Shown: piece by piece, positions 8,324 to 16,049 of the stretch
Layout: the number at the start of each line of letters is the position of its first letter
Numbering within the stretch: position 1 is the stretch's first letter
Assembly: GCA_046292385.1 (NCBI GenBank)
Contig: JBKBRF010000073.1
Location: forward strand, 1-21,112
Direction of reading: 5' to 3'
Origin: Armatimonadota bacterium
GTDB taxonomy: Bacteria > Armatimonadota > SYMT01
Length of the DNA stretch: 21,112 nucleotides
Program-made: the position numbers and the translations under genes
Notes under the pieces: model-generated
The model's database searches: none
Seen by the model: only the letters and a program-made list of their open reading frames with translations
What the model was told of the DNA's origin: nothing

Positions 8324-8377
8324 AATGGGATAGAGACCGCCGGAATGGCGGCACCTCGAGCAGGGGAGTGAGGGTAG

Positions 8378-8785
8378 ATGCGGCTTCGCGCGATCTGCAA
8401 GTCAAAGATCCACCACGCCTGGGTCACCCAGGCGGAGGTCGAGTATATCGGGAGCATCGCGATCGACACGCTGCTCATGGAGCGCGTCGACATCGTGCCG
8501 GGGGAGAAGGTCGCCGTCTGGAACGTCACCAACGGCGAGCGGGTGGAGACCTACGCCCTGCCCGCGCCGGCCGGCTCCGGCGAGATCATCGTCAACGGCG
8601 CGGCCGCCCACCGCTTCAGCCCAGGCGACCGAATTATCATCGCCGCCTTCGTGCTCACCGATGAGCCGGTCGAGCCGCGCATGATCCTGGTCGACCGCCA
8701 GAACCAGTTCGTGGAGTGGCTCGGCGACAACCGCCTCCCGGACTGGAGCATCGCGGAGCTCACCGCCTCCGCTCCGGAAGTCTAG
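8378..8785 (+). CDS. panD: Aspartate 1-decarboxylase proenzyme
   Basis: 'KSKIHHA', autocleavage site 'YIG/SIAID', 'NGERVETY', 'NGAAAH'; purine-rich SD region GGGGAGTGAGGG upstream. Confidence 0.95.
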   Translation: MRLRAICKSKIHHAWVTQAEVEYIGSIAIDTLLMERVDIVPGEKVAVWNVTNGERVETYALPAPAGSGEIIVNGAAAHRFSPGDRIIIAAFVLTDEPVEPRMILVDRQNQFVEWLGDNRLPDWSIAELTASAPEV

Positions 8786-10388
8786 CCGTCTGCTTCGGTT
8801 CGCGCAGCGTGGCCTCCGTCAGGAAGAAGAGCCCGGTGCGCGTACCGACCCACAGGCCGCTCCCCACCCGATGTAGAGCCTGCGTCTCGGTGTCGAGGTA
8901 GGGGATCCGGTCGTTCAGCCGCTCCACCCGGTCGTCCGCCGTTCTCCGCCAGAGTCCGCTGCGGGTGGCGATGAAGAGGCCGTCCGGACGGTCCTCGGCG
9001 AGATCGGTCACGTTCTCTCCTTCCAGCTCCGGCGTGACGGTCCAGCGGTCACCGCTCTTCCACGCGAGGCCGCCGACGAACGTGCCCGCGCAGATGGTCT
9101 GGCCCGTCCGTCCGAGCACCGTCACCCAGTCGTCCGGTAGGCCGTGGCGCTCGTCGTGCCAGCGCACCGTGCCGGAGGGGCGGTGGACCTCCGCCAGTCC
9201 GCGTCCCTGGGTGCCGACCCACAGCGTCTCTCCGGCCGGCAGCAGGCAGGTGATCGGCAGTCCCTGCAGCTCCGGCAGGTTCAGGTGGTGGATCCACTCG
9301 CGCCCATCGTACTCGCTCCAGCCGCCCCACTGCGCCGCGTAGAGCCGGTCGCCATCCGCGGCGAGGGCGGACACCTGGCGGCGGGGGAGGCGCGCCCCGA
9401 TGTCGCGGCTCCAGCTCTCGCCTTCCAGGCGGTCGAGCCGGCCGTTTCCGTGCCGCAGGTAGAGCGAAGCCCGAAAGCGCACCATCTGCCGCGGCGCGTC
9501 GGAGGCGATCTGTCCCGCGCCGTACCGGCGCCAGCCGTACCGGGTCTTCGCCGCCAGGCCGCTCTCCAGCGTGCTCGTGAAGAGGCTGCCGCCGTAGGTT
9601 GCCAGGGCCTGGACGTTGTGATCGATCGGCTCGTCCGGCTGCAGCCACTGCGTCCACCGTCCGTCCACTCCACTCCAGACGCCTTCGCTGCGCGTGCCAA
9701 CCCAGAGCGTCGCACCGTCGTCCAGCATTGCGGTGATCTCCCGCGCCTCCGGCGGCAGCTTCAGGTCGAGCGGAGCCCAGGCGGCGCCATCGAACGCCCA
9801 GATCCCGTCCCCGAAGAGCGCCGCCCAGAGCTGCTCCCCCCGCGGCAGCAACGCGCTGACGTGCGTGCCCCGGGACCGCGGCAGCGGGAATTCGCGCCAG
9901 GTGTCGCCTTCCTTTACGCGGAGGCCCGTGACCGTGGCGACGCACTCGCGGCCCTGCCACTCGGCGACGCAGGTCTCTCCGGGCGACCGACCGGCCTCGG
10001 TCGCCCGGCGGGGGCTGGCAAGCCATTTGCCATCCTTCCAGGTCGCGGAGTGCCGCGGGAAGAGCGCGGAAAACGTGCCCTCTGCGCTCCGGAGCTCCCG
10101 CACCTCGTGCGACGGAAGACCGTTCTGGCGCGTGAAATGCCGCCACTCGCCGGCCCGGCTCCGGTACAGAATGCCGCCCCGGGTGGCGATCCACAGGCCG
10201 CTCGCGTCGGTCGCGAGCGCCGTGACGGAGCGAGTGCTCGTGTAGGCGGTGTCGGCCTCCGGAGTGACCGGCCGCGGCGGTGTCGTGAACAGCACTGCCG
10301 CGCCGCAGCCGAGGGCAGCCGCCGCGCCCGCTGAAAGGGCGAGCGCGACGATCCGGCTTGGTGCTGTTGGAATGCCGAGGAGTCGCAT
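8760..10388 (-). CDS. Exported stand-alone beta-propeller protein (two-component-regulator-propeller-like repeats)
   Basis: 542 aa from ATG 10388, 11 nt after the VIT gene stop. Hydrophobic N-terminus; repeated 'LW(I/V)(A/G)T..G', 'GLPSHEV', 'GLPDDWV' blades; no kinase or output domain. Confidence 0.85.
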   Translation of the reverse strand: MRLLGIPTAPSRIVALALSAGAAAALGCGAAVLFTTPPRPVTPEADTAYTSTRSVTALATDASGLWIATRGGILYRSRAGEWRHFTRQNGLPSHEVRELRSAEGTFSALFPRHSATWKDGKWLASPRRATEAGRSPGETCVAEWQGRECVATVTGLRVKEGDTWREFPLPRSRGTHVSALLPRGEQLWAALFGDGIWAFDGAAWAPLDLKLPPEAREITAMLDDGATLWVGTRSEGVWSGVDGRWTQWLQPDEPIDHNVQALATYGGSLFTSTLESGLAAKTRYGWRRYGAGQIASDAPRQMVRFRASLYLRHGNGRLDRLEGESWSRDIGARLPRRQVSALAADGDRLYAAQWGGWSEYDGREWIHHLNLPELQGLPITCLLPAGETLWVGTQGRGLAEVHRPSGTVRWHDERHGLPDDWVTVLGRTGQTICAGTFVGGLAWKSGDRWTVTPELEGENVTDLAEDRPDGLFIATRSGLWRRTADDRVERLNDRIPYLDTETQALHRVGSGLWVGTRTGLFFLTEATLREPKQTARLPERRR

Positions 10389-10399
10389 CGTGTGATCCG

Positions 10400-12823
10400 C
10401 TACCTGGTCTCGTCGGAGAGGTCGACGGTGAGCTGCGTCCGGTTGTGTGCCCTGTCGGTGAGCACGAAGGTGACCGCGGTGGGGGAGCCGCGATGGCTCT
10501 CCGGGACCGCGGCCAGGGCAAAGAAGCGCCCGGGGGCTTTCGCAGTAGCTCGCAGTCGGAGCTGCTCCCCCCACGGCAGTAGCGCGGTGACGCGGGCGGT
10601 ATCCGGGCTGGCGTCGAGCTCCAGCCGCAGCACCGGTTCCGGCGTGGCGACCGTGTGCACGCGTCCGCTTCCGGAGGGCGGTGTCACGTCGACGTGATAG
10701 CGGAAGGTCAGCGACTTCCGCGTACCGTCGGCCAGGACTACGATGACGGTGACGACGTACGGGCCCTCGGCGGCGTAGGTCGGAATGTCGAAGCGCACTT
10801 CCCACTTGCGGCTCTCCGGGTTGTAGGCAAGGCGCTTCACCTCTCCGTCGGGCATCAGCGCCACCACCTGCCGCGCGTCTGCCGGGGCCGTGATCTGGAT
10901 CAGCGGATCCCCCATGCGCGCCCGCAGCTCATCCTCGCGCCGGGAGAGCTCCAGCCGCTGCCGCTCGAGCTGCGCCAGCTCCGCCTCCGGTCGGAATTCG
11001 GAGCGCGCCTCGAGCAGGGCGTTCTCGAGCTTCAAGAGGTCGGTTTTCGCTGCCAGTCGCTCGATGCGGATTCGACCCTCCTCTTCTCCTCGGGTGAGGC
11101 GGTGCAGCTCGAGGAACTCCTCTTCGAGCGCCTTGACGCGAGCCGGGTCCGGCTCGGGCTTGAGCCGCTCCGCGTAAAGCCGGTCCCGCACGAGGACGAC
11201 GCGGCGCCACGCGTGGGCTTCCTTCGCGTCCTGCATCGCACGGTCCTTGTTCATTTCAAAGTAACTTGCGAGCCGGTCGATGCGGCGCCGCAAGAGCTTC
11301 TTATCGGTCCGGTCTTCCTCATCGACGAGTAGATAGGCGGCTTCGAAGAGCCGGTCCTGGCCGGCGGACTGCAGCGCGGCCTTCACGTCCTGGCCGCTGA
11401 GTCGGGCGAGGCTCCGGACACGGCTGCGCAGCCTTCGCGCTCGGACACCTCCCCCGCGGCCCGCCTCCACCTCTCGCGCCAGCTCCTCCGCCGTGGTGGA
11501 GATGGAATCCCAGGTGTAGCCGGCCATCACGTCCTGCGGACGAAGTCCCGCCTGGCGGCACAGCGCCTGGAGCCGGCTGCGGAGCCCGCGTGCCTCGCGG
11601 GAGCCTTCCTGTCCCAGCGCCGCCTCTCGCGCCAGCCGCGCGGCGAGGGACTGGATCTGCGACTGCAGCTTCTCCCGCTGGTACAGCCGCATCTCTTCGC
11701 GAGGGACGGCGAGCCAGGACGAGTACTTGCTCGGCAGCGAGTAACGCTTGCTGAGCTGGAGGATCGTCGCGGCGTCGGCCCCTCCGCGGGTGAGCTGCTC
11801 GATGCGACGGGCGGCCCACAGCTTCACGCCGAGGTGGTTCGGCTCGGCGCGCCGGCTGAAGGTGACCGTCCGCGTGTAGGTGACCGGACCGTTCGGGGTC
11901 TGCCCGCTCAGCCGGACGGTGGCGGGTCCGCTGCCGCGGTAGCGGCCGAAGATCGCCAGCGTCCGGTGCGCCCGGACGTCCGGCAGCGCCGCCGGGACGA
12001 TCTCCGACGCCGCGACGCCTTCAATCGTCACCTTCGGCTGCGTGAGCGCCTGTGCCGGGGTGAGTGCCAGCGCGAAGAAGCCGGTGGCGCCGCCGGAGCG
12101 GCCGGAGTAGAGTGCCGCGTGCAGCGGGTCCGCCCCTCGGCGCAGGTTGACGCGCAGGTCACGCTGCGGACGGAAGTTTTTCCCAGAGAGCGAGATCCGC
12201 TGCTCGTCTCCGTCGTGCGCCACCGGGAGCCCATAGTTGTTGGCGACCTGGGTGCCCGGTTCGGTGACCGCACGGATCGCGATGTCGATCGACTCCAGTG
12301 CCTGCCCCGGCTCCACCTTCAGCGGGAGATCGAAGAAGACCCCCTGCGGGTCGGAGGGGAGCACCTGCGCCAGGTGCATCTCCACCCGCAGGTCGGCGTT
12401 CGGCATCACGGGGAAGATGCGGGCGCGAAAGGTGTTGCCGCTCAGCATCTCGATTAGCGCCGGGTCGCGCTGGCGTGTGGTGATGTGCCGGTAGATCTCC
12501 GCGGCGCGCTCCTTCTCCACGATCCGGGCGACCACCTTCTCCTCGCCGTACCAGTAGGCAAAGTAGGAGACCACCGTCTCCGGCGGTAGTGAGTAGAGGA
12601 ACTCCGCCTCGATCCGGTCGTACGTCTCGTTCTGAAAGGTGAGCTCCAGTCGCGACGCAGCGAACTGGCCGTCGATCCGCACCTCCGCCTTCACCGCCTT
12701 GGTCCGGAGCGGCATGCCGTTGTCTCCACGCGGCTTCAGCACGACCTGTGGGGCTGCAGGCCGGCCGGTGAAGGTGAGCGCGGCGGCGCCGCAAATCAGC
12801 AGGACACGCAGCAATCTCTCCAT
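10400..12823 (-). CDS. Secreted VIT-domain protein lacking a recognisable vWA domain
   Basis: 807 aa from ATG 12823 with GGAGG SD. Signal peptide; VIT motifs 'TFQNETYDRIEAEFLYSLPPETVVSYFAYW...EKERAAEIY......DPALIE...FRARIFPV'; 'LWAARRIEQL...LSKRYSLPSKYSSWLAV'; C-terminal 'GDP..' beta-rich domains. Confidence 0.88.
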   Translation of the reverse strand: MERLLRVLLICGAAALTFTGRPAAPQVVLKPRGDNGMPLRTKAVKAEVRIDGQFAASRLELTFQNETYDRIEAEFLYSLPPETVVSYFAYWYGEEKVVARIVEKERAAEIYRHITTRQRDPALIEMLSGNTFRARIFPVMPNADLRVEMHLAQVLPSDPQGVFFDLPLKVEPGQALESIDIAIRAVTEPGTQVANNYGLPVAHDGDEQRISLSGKNFRPQRDLRVNLRRGADPLHAALYSGRSGGATGFFALALTPAQALTQPKVTIEGVAASEIVPAALPDVRAHRTLAIFGRYRGSGPATVRLSGQTPNGPVTYTRTVTFSRRAEPNHLGVKLWAARRIEQLTRGGADAATILQLSKRYSLPSKYSSWLAVPREEMRLYQREKLQSQIQSLAARLAREAALGQEGSREARGLRSRLQALCRQAGLRPQDVMAGYTWDSISTTAEELAREVEAGRGGGVRARRLRSRVRSLARLSGQDVKAALQSAGQDRLFEAAYLLVDEEDRTDKKLLRRRIDRLASYFEMNKDRAMQDAKEAHAWRRVVLVRDRLYAERLKPEPDPARVKALEEEFLELHRLTRGEEEGRIRIERLAAKTDLLKLENALLEARSEFRPEAELAQLERQRLELSRREDELRARMGDPLIQITAPADARQVVALMPDGEVKRLAYNPESRKWEVRFDIPTYAAEGPYVVTVIVVLADGTRKSLTFRYHVDVTPPSGSGRVHTVATPEPVLRLELDASPDTARVTALLPWGEQLRLRATAKAPGRFFALAAVPESHRGSPTAVTFVLTDRAHNRTQLTVDLSDETR

Positions 12824-13006
12824 CGATCTGCCCTCCGGAACGGTGAGCGGAGCTCTGCTCTGCTGGATGCATAGTTCCGGACAGGCGGGTGATGGTTCGA
12901 TAACAGTTTCAACGGGTGCCGATCCTGTGCAGGAGCAGCCGGAGACGGATGGCGTAGCCTGCCGCACACAAACCTGCACGCTACTCCCTTCTGCCCGGAG
13001 CCCTCG

Positions 13007-13035
13007 TTGACCCGGTCTGAGGCGGCTGATATACT
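13007..13035 (+). promoter_or_regulatory. Sigma70-type promoter of the thi operon
   Basis: TTGACC (13007-13012), 17-nt spacer, TATACT (13030-13035), with extended TG at 13027-13028. Confidence 0.85.
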
Positions 13036-13060
13036 CTGAACGGGTAGCGTGCTACCCGCA

Positions 13061-13141
13061 GCCGCTAGGGGTGCTCGGGAATCCGGGCTGAGAGAAGACC
13101 CTTGTGACCTGACCCTGGTAATTCAGGCGTAGGGAAGCGGT
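13061..13141 (+). ncRNA. TPP riboswitch aptamer
   Basis: P1 GCCGCT/AGCGGT; AGGGGTGC...GCTGAGA...ACCCTT...ACCTGA..CCTGG-TAAT-TCAGG-CGTAGGGA; lies directly upstream of thiamine genes. Confidence 0.97.
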
Positions 13142-13180
13142 AGTGTCAGTTTTCCGGGCGGTCTTCGCCCGTTCCGGTGC

Positions 13181-13211
13181 GGCGCTTCTCCCGCGGAGGA
13201 GCGCCTTTTTT
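13181..13211 (+). terminator. Riboswitch-controlled intrinsic terminator
   Basis: Stem GGCGCTTCTCC / GGAGGAGCGCC (one G-U pair) followed by T6. Aptamer 3' strand GGGAAGCG (13132-13139) can pair with CGCTTCTC (13183-13190) as an antiterminator. Confidence 0.9.
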
Positions 13212-13253
13212 GCTGCCGCGGCGCCACCGCTCCATGGCGGCACGGGAGGGAGT

Positions 13254-14036
13254 ATGGCAGGCGATCCGCAGCCGCTCGTGATCGCGGGGACGGAGTTCCG
13301 GTCCCGGCTGATCATGGGTTCCGGGAAGTTTCCGGACTACGAGACGATGAACCGCGCCTATGAGGCGGCGGGCACCGAGATGATCACCGTGGCGCTGCGG
13401 CGTCTCGATCTCGATACGCCCGGCGAGAAGACGCTGCTCGACTTCATCGACTGGAGCCGCTACCGCATCCTCCCGAATACCGCCGGCGCGCGGACGGCGG
13501 ACGAGGCGGTGCGCACCGCCCGCCTGGCGCGCGCGATGGGGCTCTCGGACTGGATCAAGCTGGAAGTGATCCCGGATGCCAAGTACCTCCTGCCGGACCC
13601 GGTCGGCACCCTGGAGGCGGCGAAGACGCTGGTGAAGGAAGGCTTCGTGGTGCTTCCCTACATCAACGACGACCCGGTGCTGGCCAAGCAGCTCGAGGAG
13701 ATCGGCTGCGCCACGGTGATGCCGCTCGCCTCCCCGATCGGCTCCGGGCAGGGGCTGGTCAACTTCAGCCAGATCAAGATCATCATCGAGCAGGCGACCG
13801 TGCCGGTGGTGGTCGACGCCGGCATCGGCGCGCCTTCGGATGCCTGCCTGGCGATGGAGATCGGGGCGGACGCCTGCCTGATCAACACCGCCATCGCGCA
13901 GGCGAAGGACGCGCCGACCATGGCGCGGGCGATGGCCGCCGGCGTGGAAGCGGGGCGCATGGCGTACCTGGCGGGCCGCATCCCGCCGCGGGCCTACGCC
14001 TCTGCCAGCAGCCCGCTGGAAGGAGTGGTCCGATGA
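13254..14036 (+). CDS. thiG: Thiazole synthase
   Basis: '[10 protein letters not shown]', 'TVALRR', 'LPNTAG', 'WIKLEVI', '[12 protein letters not shown]', 'VVVDAGIG', 'NTAIA'; SD GGGAGGG before ATG 13254. Confidence 0.98.
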   Translation: MAGDPQPLVIAGTEFRSRLIMGSGKFPDYETMNRAYEAAGTEMITVALRRLDLDTPGEKTLLDFIDWSRYRILPNTAGARTADEAVRTARLARAMGLSDWIKLEVIPDAKYLLPDPVGTLEAAKTLVKEGFVVLPYINDDPVLAKQLEEIGCATVMPLASPIGSGQGLVNFSQIKIIIEQATVPVVVDAGIGAPSDACLAMEIGADACLINTAIAQAKDAPTMARAMAAGVEAGRMAYLAGRIPPRAYASASSPLEGVVR

Positions 14037-14716
14037 GCCCGGCGCGACAGAGGTGGCCGGAGTCGGTCCTGATGCTGGTGACCGACCGGAAGCGGTGCGG
14101 GGAGCGTTCCCTGCCGGAGGTGGTCGAGGCGGCGATCGAGGGCGGCGTCAACGTGGTGCAGCTCCGGGAGCGCGATCTCCCCGCGGGAGAGCTGCTGAAG
14201 CTGGCGCGGCAGCTCCGCGGCGTCTGCGGCACGCGCGCGCTGCTGCTCATCAACGACCGCGTCGACGTCGCGATCCTCTCCGGAGCGGACGGTGTCCACC
14301 TGGGGGAGAACGGCCTGCCGGTCGCGGCGGTGCGCCAGATGCTGCCGCCCTCCATGCTCGTCGGCCGCTCCGCGCACTCGAAGAACTCCGCGCGGCAGGC
14401 AGACCTCGACGGCGCCGACTACCTGGTGGTCGGCACCATCTTCCCCAGCCCCTCCCATCCGGACGCCGAGCCGGCCGGAGAGGAGCTGCTGCGGGACGTC
14501 TCCACGCGCACCCAGGTGCCGGTGATCGCGATCGGCGGCGTGACGGCGGAGAATGCGGCGTCCTGCTTCGCGGCGGGCGCCTCCGGGATCGCCGTCGTCT
14601 CCGCCATCCTCGGCAGCGACGATCCGCGCGCGGCGGCGCAGCGCCTGGCTCCTACGCTGCCGGAGACTGCCCCCGAGCCGGCCGCAAGCCCGACCGAGGA
14701 AGAGGAGCTCGGCTGA
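14033..14716 (+). CDS. thiE: Thiamine-phosphate synthase family protein (ThiE/TenI fold)
   Basis: 'VQLRER', 'LINDRVD', 'DGVHLG', 'GRSAH', 'ADYL', 'PVIAIGG', 'GIAVVSAI'; ATGA overlap with thiG. Some canonical ThiE residues differ (see findings). Confidence 0.8.
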   Translation: MSPARQRWPESVLMLVTDRKRCGERSLPEVVEAAIEGGVNVVQLRERDLPAGELLKLARQLRGVCGTRALLLINDRVDVAILSGADGVHLGENGLPVAAVRQMLPPSMLVGRSAHSKNSARQADLDGADYLVVGTIFPSPSHPDAEPAGEELLRDVSTRTQVPVIAIGGVTAENAASCFAAGASGIAVVSAILGSDDPRAAAQRLAPTLPETAPEPAASPTEEEELG

Positions 14717-14913
14717 TGCGCCTCACGATCAACGGCGATCCGCGGGAAGTGGAGGGCGCCTCGACGGTGGAGGAGCTGATCCAGGTGCTCGCCATCCACC
14801 GCATGATCGTGGTGGAGCACAACGGGGAGATCATCCGGCGCGAGAAGTACGCCGCCACGCTGCTGGCGGACGGCGACGTGCTGGAGATCGTCCATATGGT
14901 CGGGGGAGGCTAG
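14716..14913 (+). CDS. thiS: Sulfur carrier protein ThiS
   Basis: 65 aa, 'MRLTINGD...VVEHNGEII...GDVLEIVHMVGGG'; TGATG overlap with the upstream stop; SD GAGGAG. Confidence 0.96.
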   Translation: MRLTINGDPREVEGASTVEELIQVLAIHRMIVVEHNGEIIRREKYAATLLADGDVLEIVHMVGGG

Positions 14914-14920
14914 ACCCGCC

Positions 14921-16030
14921 GTGAGCTCGCCGGAAGTACTGGTGGTCGGCGGCGGGGTGATCGGCTCTGCCGCGGCGTACTTCCTGGCGCGAGCGGGGGT
15001 CTCCGTCCGCCTGCTCGAGCGGGACGGCCTCGCTTCCCATGCTTCCGGCGCCGCGGCCGGAATGCTCGCGCCGATCTGCGAGTCGGAGAGCGACAGCCCG
15101 TTCTTTCGCCTGGCGCTCCGGAGCCTCGGCCTCTTTCCGGAGCTGGCGCCTCGCCTGCGCGAGCTCTCCGGGATCGATCCGCAGTACGTCCCCTCCGGGG
15201 CGGTCCGCGCCGCGCTGACGGAGCCCGAAGCGGAAGCCCTGCGGGAGCGGTCCCGCCGGTTGGGCCGGTTCGGCGTGGAGTGGCTCGACGCCCGGGCCGC
15301 CCGGGAGCGCGAGCCGCTGCTCTCTCCGCGCACCGTGGGAGCACTCTGGTCACCCGCGGAGGCGAACGTCTACAGCCCGCAGCTCGGGCGGGCCTATGCC
15401 GGCGCCGCGGCCGCGCTGGGAGCGGAGATCCGCACCGGAGTTGCGGCGACGGGCCTGCTCCGCCGCGGAGGCCGGGTGCTCGGGGTCCGCACCACCGACG
15501 GGGAGATGGAAGCGGGGCAGGTGGTGCTCTGCGCCGGCGCCTGGACCCGCTTCTGCGCCGGGTGGCTCGATCTTGACCTGCCGGTGCGCCCGGTCCGCGG
15601 CCAGATCCTGGCGCTCGACGCGCCCACTCCTGCCCCGCGGTCGATCGTCTGGGGCGAGGGCGCCTACCTGGTGCCGAAGCTCAACGGCGCGCTGGTGGTC
15701 GGCGCCACGGAAGAGGACGCCGGCTTCGACTGCCGCACCACCGCCGCCGGCGTGGAGCGCCTGCTCTCCGCCGCCCGGGAGCTGCTGCCGGCGCTCTCCC
15801 AGTGCAGCTTCCGCCACGCGTGGGCCGGCCTGCGTCCGGACACGCCGGACCACCTCCCGGTGATCGGACCGATCCCCGGCGTGGAGGGAGTCGTCGTGGC
15901 GGCCGGGCACTTCCGCAACGGAGTGCTCCTGAGCCCCGTCACCGGCGAGGCGGTTGCCGAATGCGTCCGGAGCGGCACCCTCCCCGCGGACGTCGCGCCG
16001 TTCCGACCGGATCGCCTCCTGAGGCCGTAG
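14921..16030 (+). CDS. thiO: Glycine oxidase ThiO
   Basis: FAD motif GGGVIG, 'ASGAAAGML', 'PVRGQ', 'YLVPK', 'WAGLRP', 'GHFRNGVLLSP'; GTG start with GGAGG upstream. Confidence 0.95.
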   Translation: MSSPEVLVVGGGVIGSAAAYFLARAGVSVRLLERDGLASHASGAAAGMLAPICESESDSPFFRLALRSLGLFPELAPRLRELSGIDPQYVPSGAVRAALTEPEAEALRERSRRLGRFGVEWLDARAAREREPLLSPRTVGALWSPAEANVYSPQLGRAYAGAAAALGAEIRTGVAATGLLRRGGRVLGVRTTDGEMEAGQVVLCAGAWTRFCAGWLDLDLPVRPVRGQILALDAPTPAPRSIVWGEGAYLVPKLNGALVVGATEEDAGFDCRTTAAGVERLLSAARELLPALSQCSFRHAWAGLRPDTPDHLPVIGPIPGVEGVVVAAGHFRNGVLLSPVTGEAVAECVRSGTLPADVAPFRPDRLLRP

Positions 16031-16049
16031 AGCCGATCCGGACGGCCCC

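Noticed and set aside
8297..8326. panD promoter (TAGAAT overlapping the upstream stop codon)
   Set aside because: The -10 is good, but there is no extended TG and only a poor -35; insufficient support.
10389..10805. Longer start for the propeller gene (and 12824-12979 for the VIT gene, 13143-13253 for thiG, 17007-17108 for DUF5996)
   Set aside because: These extensions overlap other genes or regulatory elements; downstream ATGs have SDs, signal peptides or family-typical N-termini.
12860..12960. ECF-sigma promoter for the VIT operon (TGAAAC / CGTT-like words on the minus strand)
   Set aside because: Elements are not in a consistent order and spacing.
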